From Balanoglossus misakiensis (Eukaryota > Animalia > Hemichordata), in assembly GCA_040954595.2 (NCBI GenBank), contig CM082581.2, forward strand, positions 4,456,699-4,520,698: a stretch of 64,000 nt of DNA. The letters are read 5' to 3'. Of this stretch, positions 27,470 through 41,681 are shown piece after piece. Under the pieces are notes generated by a model. The model was given only the letters and a program-made list of their open reading frames with translations, searched no databases and had not been told where the DNA came from. Each line of letters starts with the position of its first letter. Position 1 is the stretch's first letter. A program made the position numbers and the translations under genes.

Positions 27470-28274
27470 TTATCACATACATAGCTCCGCATATACCATA
27501 GTATGACGTCAGACGTAGGTAAATTTGCACCAAGCGTTATTGTAATACCCATCCCTCTGACGTCACCAAACGGAACTATTTTAAACTTGTAAACAAAGTC
27601 CTCTTAGGGCGACAAAATTCAGTGCAATTGTTGGTTTTATTTCGATATTAAAAAATAAGCAAAGATAAATAAAATGTTTCGTATGTGTAAATATGGACGA
27701 TCGACGATTAGTTTTACCTGTGTACATTTTTATCGCACCAACCGGCACCAAAACTGTCGCGAGGTCGTCAGTGCTGAGCCAAAGTCGTCGCGTTGTCGAA
27801 CGAGCGACAGGTACAAAACTGAGTATTCGCAAAAATTTTGATGCGACGATTAGAGCAAAACGGTCTAGTCATAAAGCAAAAGGCACAAGAAAGGTTTCCT
27901 GCTCCAGTGAAACCTTGACGGACGATGAAATCCAGCTGACGCACGACAGACGGGTCCTCGCCAAAACCAGAATCGTCCAGGTCGTGACCTCAGTCACCTG
28001 ACAGATAGACCGCATAACAATTTTGCACAAAATAGTTCCAAATTTTATCGCAACCACAAAGAGATCTATTTGAAAATCAAAATTAGCGGATCTATGTATG
28101 TGATAAACATATAATTCCCCCGTATTCCTCACTCGTGTACCTGCGTCGCGAACTCGTGATTCCCCGTATAGCTGTATCCCTCCTCGCCTGCGGCTCGGAG
28201 GGATACGGCCGCTATACGGGGAATCACTCGTCCGCGACGCAGGCACACTCGTTCGAAATACGGGGGAATTATAT
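27470..28274. mobile_element. Hairpin-capped, IR-bounded non-autonomous element (copy 1; possibly Crypton/tyrosine-recombinase type)
   Basis: 21-bp inverted repeats with one mismatch, TTATCACATACATAGCTCCGC (27470..27490) / GCGGATCTATGTATGTGATAA (28086..28106), followed after 2 nt by a 166-nt imperfect palindrome at 28109..28274. Confidence 0.65.
28109..28274 (-). repeat. Long imperfect palindrome / hairpin
   Basis: Paired stems: ATATAATTCCCCCGTATT/AATACGGGGGAATTATAT (18 bp), GTGTACCTGCGTCGCG/CGCGACGCAGGCACAC (15 of 16), GTGATTCCCCGTATAGC/GCTATACGGGGAATCAC (17 bp), GTATCCCTCC/GGAGGGATAC (10 bp). The tip is TC-GCC-TGC-GGC-TC. Confidence 0.92.
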
Positions 28275-31200
28275 ATAAAAATCACATAAGGAGCGTTTAT
28301 GTGCCTACGCAGACGGCTTATCTGTAGACGTATCAACTCCACACAGACCAAGTTAGTGAGACACTCAAACTCGGAAGAAATCAGAATAAATGTCTGATAA
28401 AACAAATTAAATTCACGACGCGCAAAATCAAAATGTAAAAAACCTGATAACGTGTCACCAGAAACATACGAAACAAATGAAATAAAATATCGTCTGCGTT
28501 TCCATCGTGAAACTATACTGTCTTTATCCCAAGGCGCCGTTGAAATTGCGAAGACAGTCTTGCTTGCGGCGCATGTATTGAAAGCGGTGTAGTATTTGGA
28601 ATGCTGCCATAACCCCATGTCTGTAATTGTATATTGCCCACAATTACCACGCAATACAGACGTTTTGGTTTGAACTTATTGCCGAGTAAATTAGACGAAG
28701 GCAAACGGCTACCATTGCATTTAGCAGTTCCACTGACCCCTATTATGCCAATAGGGTTCTGATCAAGTTCTTAATGCTGTCAACCATTTTATTTGCGCCC
28801 TGTGCAGTATCACATTGCAGTAGATTCTACACTCCCTCTGAGGATACATATTCTGGCAAAATGATTCCGATAACATTAAACCAACGCTATGACTCCCAGT
28901 TACAATTACATCGACCTCGTGATTCTGGATCTTCTTAACTTCGGAATTCTGTCGGTGTCCTTAGGGGTGGACCATTTGATATTGGGGGAGGGGTCTGGAA
29001 AACAAGATTCTGGGGGATTCTTCATGCTCAATCTCAAAACTCCCTCAGAAAAGAAGAATGATTCATCCCTTAGCTATCTCCGCTGCCAACTCGTTTTCCC
29101 GGTATTCAAATAATTTCAATATCGTTCAAAAACAGTCAGCACCTTCTGCATCCATCGAATAATTAAAATGATTCCGGTGATCTTTTAACTGTTCGGGTAA
29201 TACGGTAAATACTCCTTTGATATTGTCACTGAAAAAAGATAGTATTAACACACTTTTTTTCGTCTAAATTGTGTATGTACCATTTTCATCGGATTCTAAG
29301 TTCCAACAAACCTGCCACTGATATATACATGTTTCGGAAACCCTTTGCTGAAGAGCCGCGTGTAGACTTGTACAAAGTAGCCAACACGCTTCTAGTGTAA
29401 TGCTATACCCACACATTCCACTTTTGAACGTCGATAGAACAGAAAGCTGAACTCGTAGAAAAATACACAAAGTTCACAGTGCGGCATTACTGTGAATATT
29501 TGCATCCGATATAGGTATGTTTTCTCTGCGGACCAAATGAAATATCAAAACATATTTGCTCAGAGTCAATGACTCGCGGCGAATGTATCAGACAGGGACT
29601 GGTAAATATCCCCCTGTTTTACGTGTCATGTGCCCGACACCACGTGTGTAATAGTACCAAGTGTATCGTTTCAACGCTATCATATTTATATAAAAAACGA
29701 TGGAAATGCAAAGCATATGGAGTACTTCGACGTTCATCTATTTATAGCTGCGATGCGAACGGGGAATGGAATTGTGTGAGTGAGTTAACTTAACATACGT
29801 GTATGCACGGCCTAGATGTTTCCGTTACTTGAATTGCTGATGCAGAAACAGTTAAAAGCTGGAAACCTTGCATTGCCTTATTACCACCGGCGTTTTCCAC
29901 ATCAACCGCGAGTGTCGCGGCAGTGCCGATGTTGGATCGAGTAAAACGCTCTTAACACGCGAACAAAGCCTCTTCGCTTTATTGTAACTGATAACGAGCT
30001 CTCTCATCCACATTTTTGTCATTTCAATAGCATGCTCTTTGAATTGTTAGTAACAGTATTAAAGGTAGCTCGTGAGGTTCGCATGGGTACTTCATTCAAA
30101 ATTCGAGAAAATTGCCCTTTTCATTCAAACTATTCCGCTTCCCATGATCTGAAGATCTCAATTATAGGAAAATGACAGTGAACGCCTGTTACCTGACTTC
30201 GATAAATTAAACTGAGGAGTGTATTACAACTTCTTCCCATTAGCATTTTCTAACGTTTGTTTGTCGTCAGAAATAGTGTAATTGAGAAACGGAAAATCGG
30301 AAGTCCACAAAATTTTCACGCAATAATGTATTCTGAAAATATTTTCTTAATAATTATTTCTCAGAAAGTTTCTAAATTTCTTAGAATGACAATTATTGTG
30401 GTTTAAGCAAACTAACTGATGACAAAACAATCTTCAAAAATATGATCGGAGTAATGAAAAAAAACAATTTTGCTGATAATATATACACGTTCCGGATTGC
30501 TTTGTTAAAACAACCATTGATTGGGGACGACAAATGCACATTTTCTCGTAAACTGTTCCAAATCCGTCTTTTAAGATGCACAACAAACAAACATTTCGGG
30601 TTCTACAAATTTGGGTGAAACACGAATAAAAGTCGTAGAAAGAGCTTTCCAATGATTGATACAAAGATCTTTGGTGTAAAATATTTGATATTGAAAATGT
30701 CATCTTAATAGGCAGGTTCTCTTTCATCTTATCGCCAGACATTTTGCATGTGCATATACATACAGCGTTGGTTAATTTGGGAGAAATATGTCGTATCGGT
30801 TTGTGATGATTAATCGAGTCTGGAGAAAGAAGTAATGAACTAATACCAAATATCGAAAGCAACGTTTCCTAGATACTCAGTTTTCCAAAAGTTCAAGGTG
30901 GGTAGGCCCCCACAGTCCCCAAAGCCTTCAAGCGGAACACATTGCAGCATGCTTCTTCGGGGGCGAATCAACATCCTGGTTTCAAATGCGGTCAAGTTCA
31001 GCAGAATGGAAGCGAACCAGTCAAGGCCAAACATCGCTCTTCATCGGGAACAGGGAGTGGAAGTGATGACGTCCGCTTCTTGTCCTTCCGCGCAAATAAC
31101 ATCAACATGTTCAACTCACCGTATACCGCGCCCAAATTCCGATAGTTCGGGTCATTTGTGATTAGGTATGGTCGCGGTTTGCAAGCCACGCTAATTTTAT

Positions 31201-34200
31201 TCCGTCACAGCAATTACAATTGGCAAGTGTAGCATACATAAAAAACACGGTCTCTGAAGTCTGTTTGTTTGGATCGCATTTTCAGCTGGGATTTACACAC
31301 AGTTGTTAAATCCCGGGATATATCATTCATTGTTGAATTCAGTGTCTGTTGTTTTGAAATTAACAAGATAAACCTCATGCAACGCATCCTCATATATTTT
31401 TACCCAGAATGCCGCTTGCAATTCGGAGACACAACTTCAGTTTTCAATAGACCTGTTTCCATGGACCATGGTTCAGCATGCTACGGCATGAACGTAAAAA
31501 AACCCAACTCGCCACGAATATTACACACGTAATCCATTTCGGGGATATTCAAACCATAGATGTACAAAACTGCGATATTGGTTCATCTTTTCCTCAGCAA
31601 ATCTAGGCTCTATATTGGATTTCTTCTTGAACACGCAAAATAATATATATACATGTACGTACCATAGCCATACGAGCCTTTCCATGGTCTAACAAAGTCC
31701 GTAAGGTTCTTCTTGTTTACTCAGTAATATATTTGATCAGTTGGTGAAATCACCAGTAAAATGGTTAATGTGACGAAAGTTTGTGTTGTTAAGATCAGCG
31801 TTTCCGCCCATATCCACTTTTCACCATTTCATTTTTTTACCATAGGAACATGTAACACTGGTTTTGAGGTAGTGGAGAAAGATGCTATTCTTCGCGTTTT
31901 CGTTGGTTACAACATGTATGAAATCAAGTTCGAATAATTGATTGTGACGTCACCTTGCAGTTTTTATATTTTATATCGACATGACTATATATAATTAGAC
32001 ACAATTCTATCAGAATACATGTATCTCGGTTTACGCAATAACCATATAAGCACAGTACTTCATCCCAAAACATGTATGTGGTCACCTTGGCAACCACATA
32101 AGACTCCGGGATGGGATTTTTTTAATGACCGATTCTGTCGATGGTCATTTCCATGGCTACTGTATTAATCGTGATGCGGTATACGTCATAATGTGTAGTT
32201 TTTGTGAATGTTGTGGTTACCACAGCAACGGCGTGAAACAGGAGCATAGGCAGCGCTGACCATCTTTATAAACAGTATTGATGTAATCTGTCTGTGCTTT
32301 CAGTTATTGCCGTGGTACAGAATTTCATACTCTGTCCAACTTTACTTCCCATGTACGTAGATAACATCGGTAATTCCACTAATTAATTTAACTGGGATCA
32401 CTCACTAACGTCAGAGAATTTTTTAGAACTTAACGTTACCATAAAACGCAGATAAAGTATATAATAATGGGATTCAATAAGATCAACAACTGGCAAACGG
32501 CCATCAAAGCAACTGTCTGTGTGGATAAAACTAAATGTATGATAATAAAATCACCCCATGAGAAAGATTACATCGGAGGAAAAGTCGTTTTATTGATTTT
32601 TTCTTTAGTAGGCGAAATAAGATGTTTTATCGTTGCCGTGCCCAGGTGCATGGAACAAAGTTTCTCTCTCTTGAAAATTGCTTTATATGAGAGTGCTATT
32701 ATCCCCAATGCTGGAATCGTTTCACCTATTGGATGCTTGAATTCCACATCTTACTGAAACCTCTGGTGTTTTGATTTTACCGCATTGGAAGAGCTGAATA
32801 GTAAAACGTCAGGTTAACACTGATGCAACGCATTTTCATCTTACGCTTACCCGCCCAAAGGAGAGACTTCATGTTAATGTTAAATGACTTCATAAGATTT
32901 TTTGCACACACTTCCAAATCAAATATTCATATCATTAGCAATAATGACAGCCATATGGTTTGGGGTCATTATTTGACTTTATCACATGAGTATCCAAGGC
33001 ACGTCTTGCTTCACTTAATTTCCACATCTCGCATGGCTACTACAACTACGAAGCGAAACGCCGGAGACCGTTATATTCTCTCGGAGCCATAATAGACACA
33101 GGTTCTCGCGACAGATCTAAAATATATTCATTGAACTTGAGAGTGGTCTTGATAAACAATATGACCTTTAAACACCCCGGGACAGAGTTTAAGTCAATTA
33201 ATCTTACTGGAAAACGGTGTGCATATGATTTACAATACAAAGGGGTCTCTGAAGCGAATTGCAACTCATTTGCATATTTCGAAGGTGGACAAACGCCATC
33301 TGTACATGTAACCAATTATGCATACACACTAAATATAATGCATGTATAAGATATTCTTGAGAAAGACCATTTGGGATTTTGTGTATAATGATAAAAGGCT
33401 TGGGAAAACTTTAAATACCTATTTGTATTTTTGAAATTAAAGTCAAAAGTTGCCCAAATCGAAATTTGAATGCCCTTCTATCAACAACAATTTTGGCATC
33501 CACCTTTATCAGCCAAAAGCAGTTAATTAATTAACCCGGAATGTAAATGTATGTAAGCTTATGTAACAGTTGATTAATTATGGAAGTTAGTAGTTAATTA
33601 ACTTGACAGCTCGCACGTCTGCGTGAGATCAATGCAATGCAATGCAGGCTTGACCAAATTCAAGGCGGCTGTAATGACAATATTTCCCAATGTCACGTGT
33701 TACGCAACTTTAGCCCTGACTTGTAATTAGGTTGGGGGAATCTTTTACACAAACGGGCAGACATACGGACCGTGCCCCATTCAGTCCTCTGCGTGCTCTA
33801 TGAAAACGTGAAATGACAAGCTAAGAAAATACATTTCAGCTTATATGCAACTCCAACGAAAGGGTATATTCACCGGTGATACGGCTGGGTTAATGAGACC
33901 AGATAAAGGCTCGGCTCTTCTGGTAAAAGTGCGTTTCATTTTATGTTCAAATTGCTTGATTATAGCCTTATACCTCGGTTATTAGGACCGCGTTGCTTGT
34001 CTGCGAGAAGAAATAAAATCGTCAACATTCAACACCTTATTCTGCTGGAATTGAATTAGCATTCCACTGTATACACTGAAACGGACAATACTTAATTCAA
34101 TACATCAAATTCAGTTTTACTTTCTTTCCCCTAAACGGAGACGTTGGCTACTTTCTCAATGCACGCCATTTCAATGAAATTAACTTAACTATCCGGATTT

Positions 34201-37200
34201 AGACCGTTGAGCGGATATGTCACTCAAGCCCTCGGTGAAGAAAGGCGAACTGACGCTCCTTTCTCACTCGTTCGTGCATTCTTTCATTGAGCTGTGTCTC
34301 TGTCCCTCACGTGCCCACCTAGAAATAGTCACCAAATCATCCGTAGGCAATCATCCCGCATCGATGTTCCAAATTACAAAGTAAAATGCCCCCGTGATTC
34401 GCTGTCTGCCCATCCATTATTGTTCAATTAATTTCCCCGCGAAGACAACTCGACAGATGTGATGCTCGCTGCCGTGCAAGCCAATCGAAACGAATAGGCT
34501 GTGTAATTGTATTGTGTGCACGATATTACAGCTCGTTTAATGCTTTACACAAGACGATTTAATACCTCGGCAATGCCCCTGCCAAAGCCACTAATCTGAC
34601 CATTTCGACGTTTTTATGTCTGCAACGCTGAGTGAAGCTTTCGGTCAAATATTTACAATTTTGACAGCCTCGTCCTCGGGGACTAATTACCAACGCATGT
34701 CTATTAAGTCAACTGCCATCTTACTTATCTAACAAGGATGCTCGTGACTGATTTGCAACGGCATGCTACTTTTTTTTGTTTTATCGTTTGCTGTCGTTTA
34801 CCAAGCCAGCACTCAAGTGCGTAATTAGTGGATGGGCGCAGTGACACAGTGGCGCGCCAAGGTAATCAAGACCGCTTACATTGATCATATTTCAAGACAA
34901 GTCAAATATTCAAAACATTTGTAGTCGGGGCGGGAATGAAAACAAGCTTCTCGGGCAAACAAGATTTTCGAAGCGATATGACTTGGCGACGTCGATTTTT
35001 CCCGTGTCCTCGATTTCATTCAATTCATGCGGTATGTACATGTAGTTCTAGCTACTACGGGCATACAGTCACTTTCTTCTGAATCGATGATTCTAAGACA
35101 TCCTTTGATTTCTTGCAAGGAGCCATGACTCGTGAATCACAGCAGGCAGATTGTCTTCCAGAAAAGTGGATTGTTGGCGCTCACTTTGCGCATAGTCATT
35201 TCCTATCGTGAGCGAAATCCGAGATTATGTCCATCTAGCATTCGTTTGCGTTTACCATAGAGCATTTCTGTTGGTTCCCTTCTTCTTCCAGAAAAAAAAA
35301 ACAACTGCAGGAAGATAATGATTTTATTCCTCGCTATTTTAATCTAAAAATACAATACTAATCTCCAGGGCTTTCATTGACCGCCGATTTAATATTCTTT
35401 CCATCTGTCAGAGCCACATAACCCGTATACATTGCAAGGACATTTACTTGCAATTCTTAAAGTAAAATGGCCAATGATAATCGATGGCTCTTGAAGGCAA
35501 TATTTACCTGTGAGACAATTTTGTATTTTGGATAATATCAGTTACACTCTTTAAAATCTGTCCTTGAACGCCGATCTTTGCATTAAAAGATTCCTGCATT
35601 CTATACCAGTAATATTTATGAGAGTGTGTACTTTGGAACTCTCTGTGCTGATGGGAAACGCCCACAAAGATTACACCGGCAACACGTGCATCAGTTGTGT
35701 TCACATAACAGGAAGACGACGTCCCTGCGACTGCACCACGTGATTTTTACAGTAACTCGAGCGACAAGAGCAAGAGCATGACCTTTTGACCCCTTTTGGA
35801 AATATGATGGCAATAAAATGCGTGGTTAAATTAAGCAGAAATTTGGGACGAGTAAAATTTCATATGAAACACTAGAAATATGTCAATTTCGTCGACGTTG
35901 TTATTCAGCTAGAGCATCGGGCATTCGTAGACATTGTGGTGCCATCACAGATAAACTTAGTCTTCTCCACTATCAAGTGCGGGAGAATATTTTCCACCGA
36001 GCCTTTGCAGTGACCACAGTTCATGTAGGCCTTAATTCTCATCATTTACTATCATTGCAAAGGTCATAATTAACAAATGTCCAAATATACGATTATATTT
36101 TAATTATAAATATACAGCATATTTCGAAACCTTTCGATGAAATAATGCAACCATGTGAAATTATATTATTCTCTGTACAATATTTACGTATTTTAGTGAT
36201 AGTCGTGAAATTCACGAACTGATACTGGGGGTAACATGAATCGACCGAACACCTAATTGTAATAACACTTTATTTTCGACATATTTTCGGTTTTATACAA
36301 TACGAATCGCATGAATTACTAATGATAATGTGTCACTCTCACTGGTACACCAATGTAATTACATTGCACATGTTTGTCGATGGTGTTGTCGGTAATCTTC
36401 AAGGAAGTTTCTTATCAACATGAGAAGTTTCAATTTGAAACGAAACGCTCCGCTGAATTCGTGGAGTGCATGAATATTTACATTTAGTTCAGTTTTTTGA
36501 TGATAAATTGTAGAGGATGAAAAGGAAAGAGTTAAATATCTCGCAGAAACAAGCGGCGGTGGGAAATACTTGTTGTCATCGTGACCTTTGTTAATATGCA
36601 TCAGATATATGGCAAACGTTTCCTCTCCTTGCCTGATGCGGTTCCAAGGCTTCGATTGCATAACGCAATTCTTTCATTTGAGGAATTAAGTGTCAGCTGG
36701 AACAGGACAGCCGATGTCGGTGCACCGTGCCAAATTGGCGCTGATGTCATTCCGACTTCATCGACGAATCTGCCTATAAGAGTGACGTCTACCGATTACG
36801 CCGGCGGTCTCGTCTGACAGAAAGAAATGTACAGACAAATCAATTTACTTTATTAGGATGTCCCAGGGAGCATTCAATGGAAATATTTCGGGGATTAAAC
36901 GCATGACGAGAGGGACACCTGAAAGTTATCGCGCGCCACATGGGATTGTCAAAGTTTTGATTGATTTACTGTAATTTCAGAAAAAGTCAACTTACCCTGT
37001 CGCGATAGGAAATGCGCGATCTTCCGCAGATGAAGATGCCGGAATTCTACCAATCCGTGGAAAATGTAATCAACGAATTACCTTGTTTGGGCAAATCAAC
37101 CGATGTATTGCATTTGTCAATAACCGAAGCGTACGCGGTTTGTCTTTTAATGCAATTTCCAGGGACGAGATACGGCAGGCGTCTTTGATGATTATTTGTG

Positions 37201-37393
37201 GACACACTTTACATGAAAGAAATCAAGGCGGAAAATTCACAATTTTCTATACCGATTTTATTTTTGATATGGCATTCGTATGTTACGATGTTATTTTCGT
37301 CTTATCGATCATTTATTTATTTATTGAAGTATTTACTTATTTATTTGTTTGTATACTTTGTTTGTTTTTGTTTGTATGATTATAGATGGAAGG

Positions 37394-37551
37394 ATGAATG
37401 AATGAATGAATGAATGAATGAATGGATGAATGAATGAATGAATGAATGAATGAATGAATGAATGAATGAATGAATGAATGAATGAATGAATGAATGAATG
37501 AACCAACCAACCAACGAACCAACCAAGATGAATGAGTGAATGAATGAATAA
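37394..37551. repeat. Compound microsatellite (ATGA)n interrupted by (ACCA)n
   Basis: Direct reading of the tandem units; explains the poly-FIHS ORFs. Confidence 0.97.
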
Positions 37552-39442
37552 ACGAGGAAAAGGCTCTCGAAGAAGGATTGACACAGGTGCTCAAAAGTTA
37601 CTGATAGTATACATGTAGGGTAACATGTGGCAGTGTTTCCATTGATGGAATGGAACACGCAGACTTTTCGACAATTCGAGCTTACGATACTCAAAACCTG
37701 ACTCGTTGTCATGGTCTTGGCATTACAGTAAATCAGAAGTACAAACTGTTCAAAGTAGCATTAGTAGTAGCATCTTCAGGCACGTGATGCATTAGGGCCG
37801 AATCTCTCGCGAGCATGATTTCCGCATAGACCACGAGCTGCACGGACAAACAACAAACCGAGCGTCTGGTGTTTATACAGTGTGACAAAGTGGTCGTTTC
37901 TTTGAATGTTCAAATAAACTGTCGGTAATGTTACGTTAATTAGCCTACTTCCAAGTGCTGTGCAGTTTCGAAACTTTCACGAGAACATCGATTTTTGCCA
38001 TCCCATCAAACGTTGTGTCCACGCAATTATGTGTTTTCCCCTGAATTAAGAATTTTCATCGTATTTTCGCGACGATTATGCCACATCGTGTCACATCAGC
38101 AATTGTACAAGACAGGTCGATTTTTATCATTTTTCCCTTTTAGCTATTCACTCTTTATCTATATAACTTCCCGTTTTCCATTAAGACCTACATTTTAAAG
38201 AGCCAGCCAGGCAACGAAGAAAGTAAAATAATGATATATCCCAAACCTCTTCTGACTTCTTAAATACCTCCTTACATTCGCCGCACAGCAATCAACGCAA
38301 GTGTGCCGCTCTCAGTTCTAGCAAAGGACAAATTCCTTGATATAAAACTAATAGCATATAGCGAAAGAGCATTCACCCCGATGAATACAGTTAATGCGCG
38401 TTGAGCATTGTTGACATAGTCTGCTTTTGGCGGGGTCACACATTGAAACCCACAATAAGTCCCCAGGAAGAATCAAATCGTTAATTAGTTAATGGGATTC
38501 CATTTATCCCTGAATAATTTCAGCCGTTATTGAAGATACCATGTATATCAATTCCCCCGTTTTCAATCACATTTGTCGCGTTCAGGGCTAGTTATGAAAT
38601 ACCAGCTGCGGCTTCTCAAGTTTTGCCCCAAAAATTCTCTGACGCTAAATTCCAAGCTTGATTCCGCAATACTCGGTCCTTTGGACCGTCGCATAAAATA
38701 AATGGGGAAATTACTGGCTGTAATTCGAACTGAGCATAAATGTAAAAATCCCATTGAATCGTGACGGACAGACATCGTCAAGCCACGATGGAATGCCGTG
38801 ATATGAAACACGTATTGCGGCTGCAGCGAGAAAAGGGCCCGCCGCCTCCCTATTTATTTGTGAAGAAGTTATTAACGGGCCACGTGTACCATCTTAACGC
38901 TTGACTCCGAATTGTTAGAATTCTTTTCTGAATTTAAAAAGTGTTTACGCTTATGAAAACCTATTACGCCAATGCATTGCTTTCTATGTAAGGTAATTAA
39001 TCTTACTTGACAGTACAGAAACGTATCTGTGCGGATTATACATTTACAAACTTTGGCAACCAGACATATATCATGTACATGTATTCTACATCACGAAAAC
39101 ACTCAGACTGACATGGAGAAATTGAGGACGACAAGAGTACCGAGACACAAGCCTTAATGGATACTCTCGACGGCATGATTTTGAGATTTAAACTACGATG
39201 ACATCACTCGTAGAAATTCTGTATGGGTAACCCCCATTTGCGTCAACTGGCGACTGTTTAGTGTTTCAGGAAGCGTCTGCTCAACGTTATTACCGAGAAA
39301 TTACAACGGAATGCTCATGTACACTTTCCGAGGCGAAAGATCAAAGCATTAAAATAAAATTCCAAGGTCTGAACGTTCTGAAAACATCAGATGTGTGGGC
39401 CCTGATGTGTTGATCGGTGGCATGTTGAAAACAGTATACAAT

Positions 39443-39635
39443 AGAGAGAGGTGGGAGGGAGGCGGAATGGGAGGGAGGAAGTGGATAGAGAGAGGGAGGG
39501 AGGGGAGGGAGGAAGGAGAGAGGGAGGGAGGAGAGAGGGGGGGGAGATAGGGGAGGGAGGGAGGAGAGAGGGAGGGGGGAGGAAGAAAGGGGAGAGAGGG
39601 GGGAGATAGGGGAATGGGAGGAAGAAGAGAGAGAG
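39443..39635. repeat. Polypurine/polypyrimidine low-complexity tract (GGGA/GAGA-rich)
   Basis: About 190 nt almost entirely G/A on the + strand, with many GGG runs. Confidence 0.93.
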
Positions 39636-41630
39636 CGGTGAACATCCGCGCGTCATCTCAATTAATAATAATCCAGACGTGTTTTAGTCTACAGTAAACT
39701 CCCTGGATGGTTTAAATATAATACATATGTGCATTAGCCCGCTATTGTAAAGAAGTGGACACAAAGACAGTACCGATGTGTGCGTTTGTGTGTCGCTTTA
39801 TTAATTATTTCTGGATAATCATTTCGCTTTTCTCTCCATGTTTAACATTTCATTGATATGAAACCTCAAGGCGCAACTTTGTTATTATTGATCCTCAAAG
39901 TTAGATTTTCACGGATTTTTCGAAATCTTTGTCTTCTTATCTTAAACGTTGTTAAGCTTAATACCCGTCAAATAAATGGTAGGTGTATTTTCAATGATAG
40001 TGCAATCGATTCCCAGCAATTGAAGGTATTGTGTAGTGAAAATGATACGGTCATTAGTTAGAATTTCCCGGAGAGTACGCCGCATTGAATTAAAAGTTCT
40101 TTTTGCTATATGTGTCAGTTGTATGGCAGTAATTTATTAATAAGAAATATTATGATCCAAATGAAGCTAGGATCAAATTCTGCTTTTTACCCTCCTTCAC
40201 TTTTTCCCAACTAAGGATCGAACCGTGAAGGTATAACATGGCCATAGATGCCTAAAAATTACAATTAGGTAATAGAACAGTCACATGGCCGTACAATGGT
40301 AACAAAATAGCAGGGTTTCATATCAACAATGTCTGGATTTGACGTTTCCAATGATGTCAAACGGCGGTGGCACTTCACATATCATGATGAACTGTATAGC
40401 TACTTGATTATGCTTCTTTTTTGACGAAAGTAAACACCTGTCCATTAGATTCAATCAGAAATGCCGTCTAATTCTAGCGACGATGAAGGAAAAAGTGCCA
40501 AACGTGCAAGCTATTATAAGAACCAGTTGTCACCAGGCTGCCTTTGTGTATACTTGACGTCAGCTGGCTCAGTGACCGAACCAGAGTAGCACCCGCATGT
40601 TGTACAAAGTGTTGCTATTTTTACCGGCGTTCACTTTAACTCCACATGGCGACCGACTGGTGACATTTTTCTCAATGAATATATCCATACAAATATGATT
40701 CAGCAACTTAAATATGCATAGTACATTGTAAGGCCGCGGCGCGTTAACCTACTTCTGACACTGTCAGTGCCCCGCGGCATGCGTGGAACAAATTGTTTTT
40801 TGTTCACGTCATAATCTATCATACCTTCCGATTTGTTATAATCTAGTTAGAAAATAATTACGGTGTCTCGTTACTCACCGTCTTTCTCAGATCAAAATAA
40901 ATTAAATAACATTCAATAAATCTATACACATACATCGATTCAAAACATCCGATATAATGAATCCGAATATTACATGTATATTTCATAAGCATGCCGGCGA
41001 AATCGAGCAGCTGTGTTAACCAATTTGCGTCACCTTCATATGGATAGATAAACAAAAGAACTATTTTTAGATACGTGTACAATAATTTACATTTCACGAG
41101 AAACGTTTGGTAAAATGTCCATTTCTTCCGTATGTAACATACGTGGACATCTTTCCGCACTATTTATGTTAACGTAGCCAATATAAATAAATGATTTTAA
41201 TCTGACCATCACATCTTGTTTTATCCATTCTCCGCAGTGCCTATAGTCCCATGTTTAGTTTCAATAATTGGCTTTACTTAATAATTAATGTTAATGTTAA
41301 GAAGGGACACCTGCCTGCCTGCCGAAATAGTACTTAAAGCTTTGTCGTTTTACGATGCCGCGAGACTGTGATTAACTTCAAATCAACGAATTTGAAAACA
41401 AATCACTTTACGGTGGAATAGATTATTCGGTCTTAGATATTTTTCATCTTTTAGTCGAGCAAAATTGATTTTCCGACAAAATAACCGTTGATAAAATGTA
41501 TTTCTATCGGATCCAATTGTCATACAGACCAATGACTATACTGTTATCAAAGACTTACTCCTCTAGAACACAGAGGTAATGAAGATCTCGATTTCGTGTT
41601 ACGTCGCTAGCTGATCTATCATGCAGCTTA

Positions 41631-41681
<51 letters not shown>

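Noticed and set aside
27869-28654. 261-aa minus-strand ORF
   Set aside because: It runs through the palindrome and IR, starts at a non-ATG codon and has no protein-like motifs.
28961-29180. TAGGGGTGGACCATTTGAT MITE-like left end
   Set aside because: The right TIR is too degenerate to define an element.
30059-31200. TTAAAGGTAGC Kolobok-like left end with transposon-like interior
   Set aside because: The matching right TIR could not be located, so boundaries cannot be supported.
31770-32230. Cluster of degenerate X-box-like motifs
   Set aside because: More likely the remains of an old interspersed repeat than functional RFX sites; cannot be resolved by eye.
34834-34875. tRNA/SINE A-box-like GGGCGCAGTGACACAGTGG
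   Set aside because: No proper B-box or cloverleaf.
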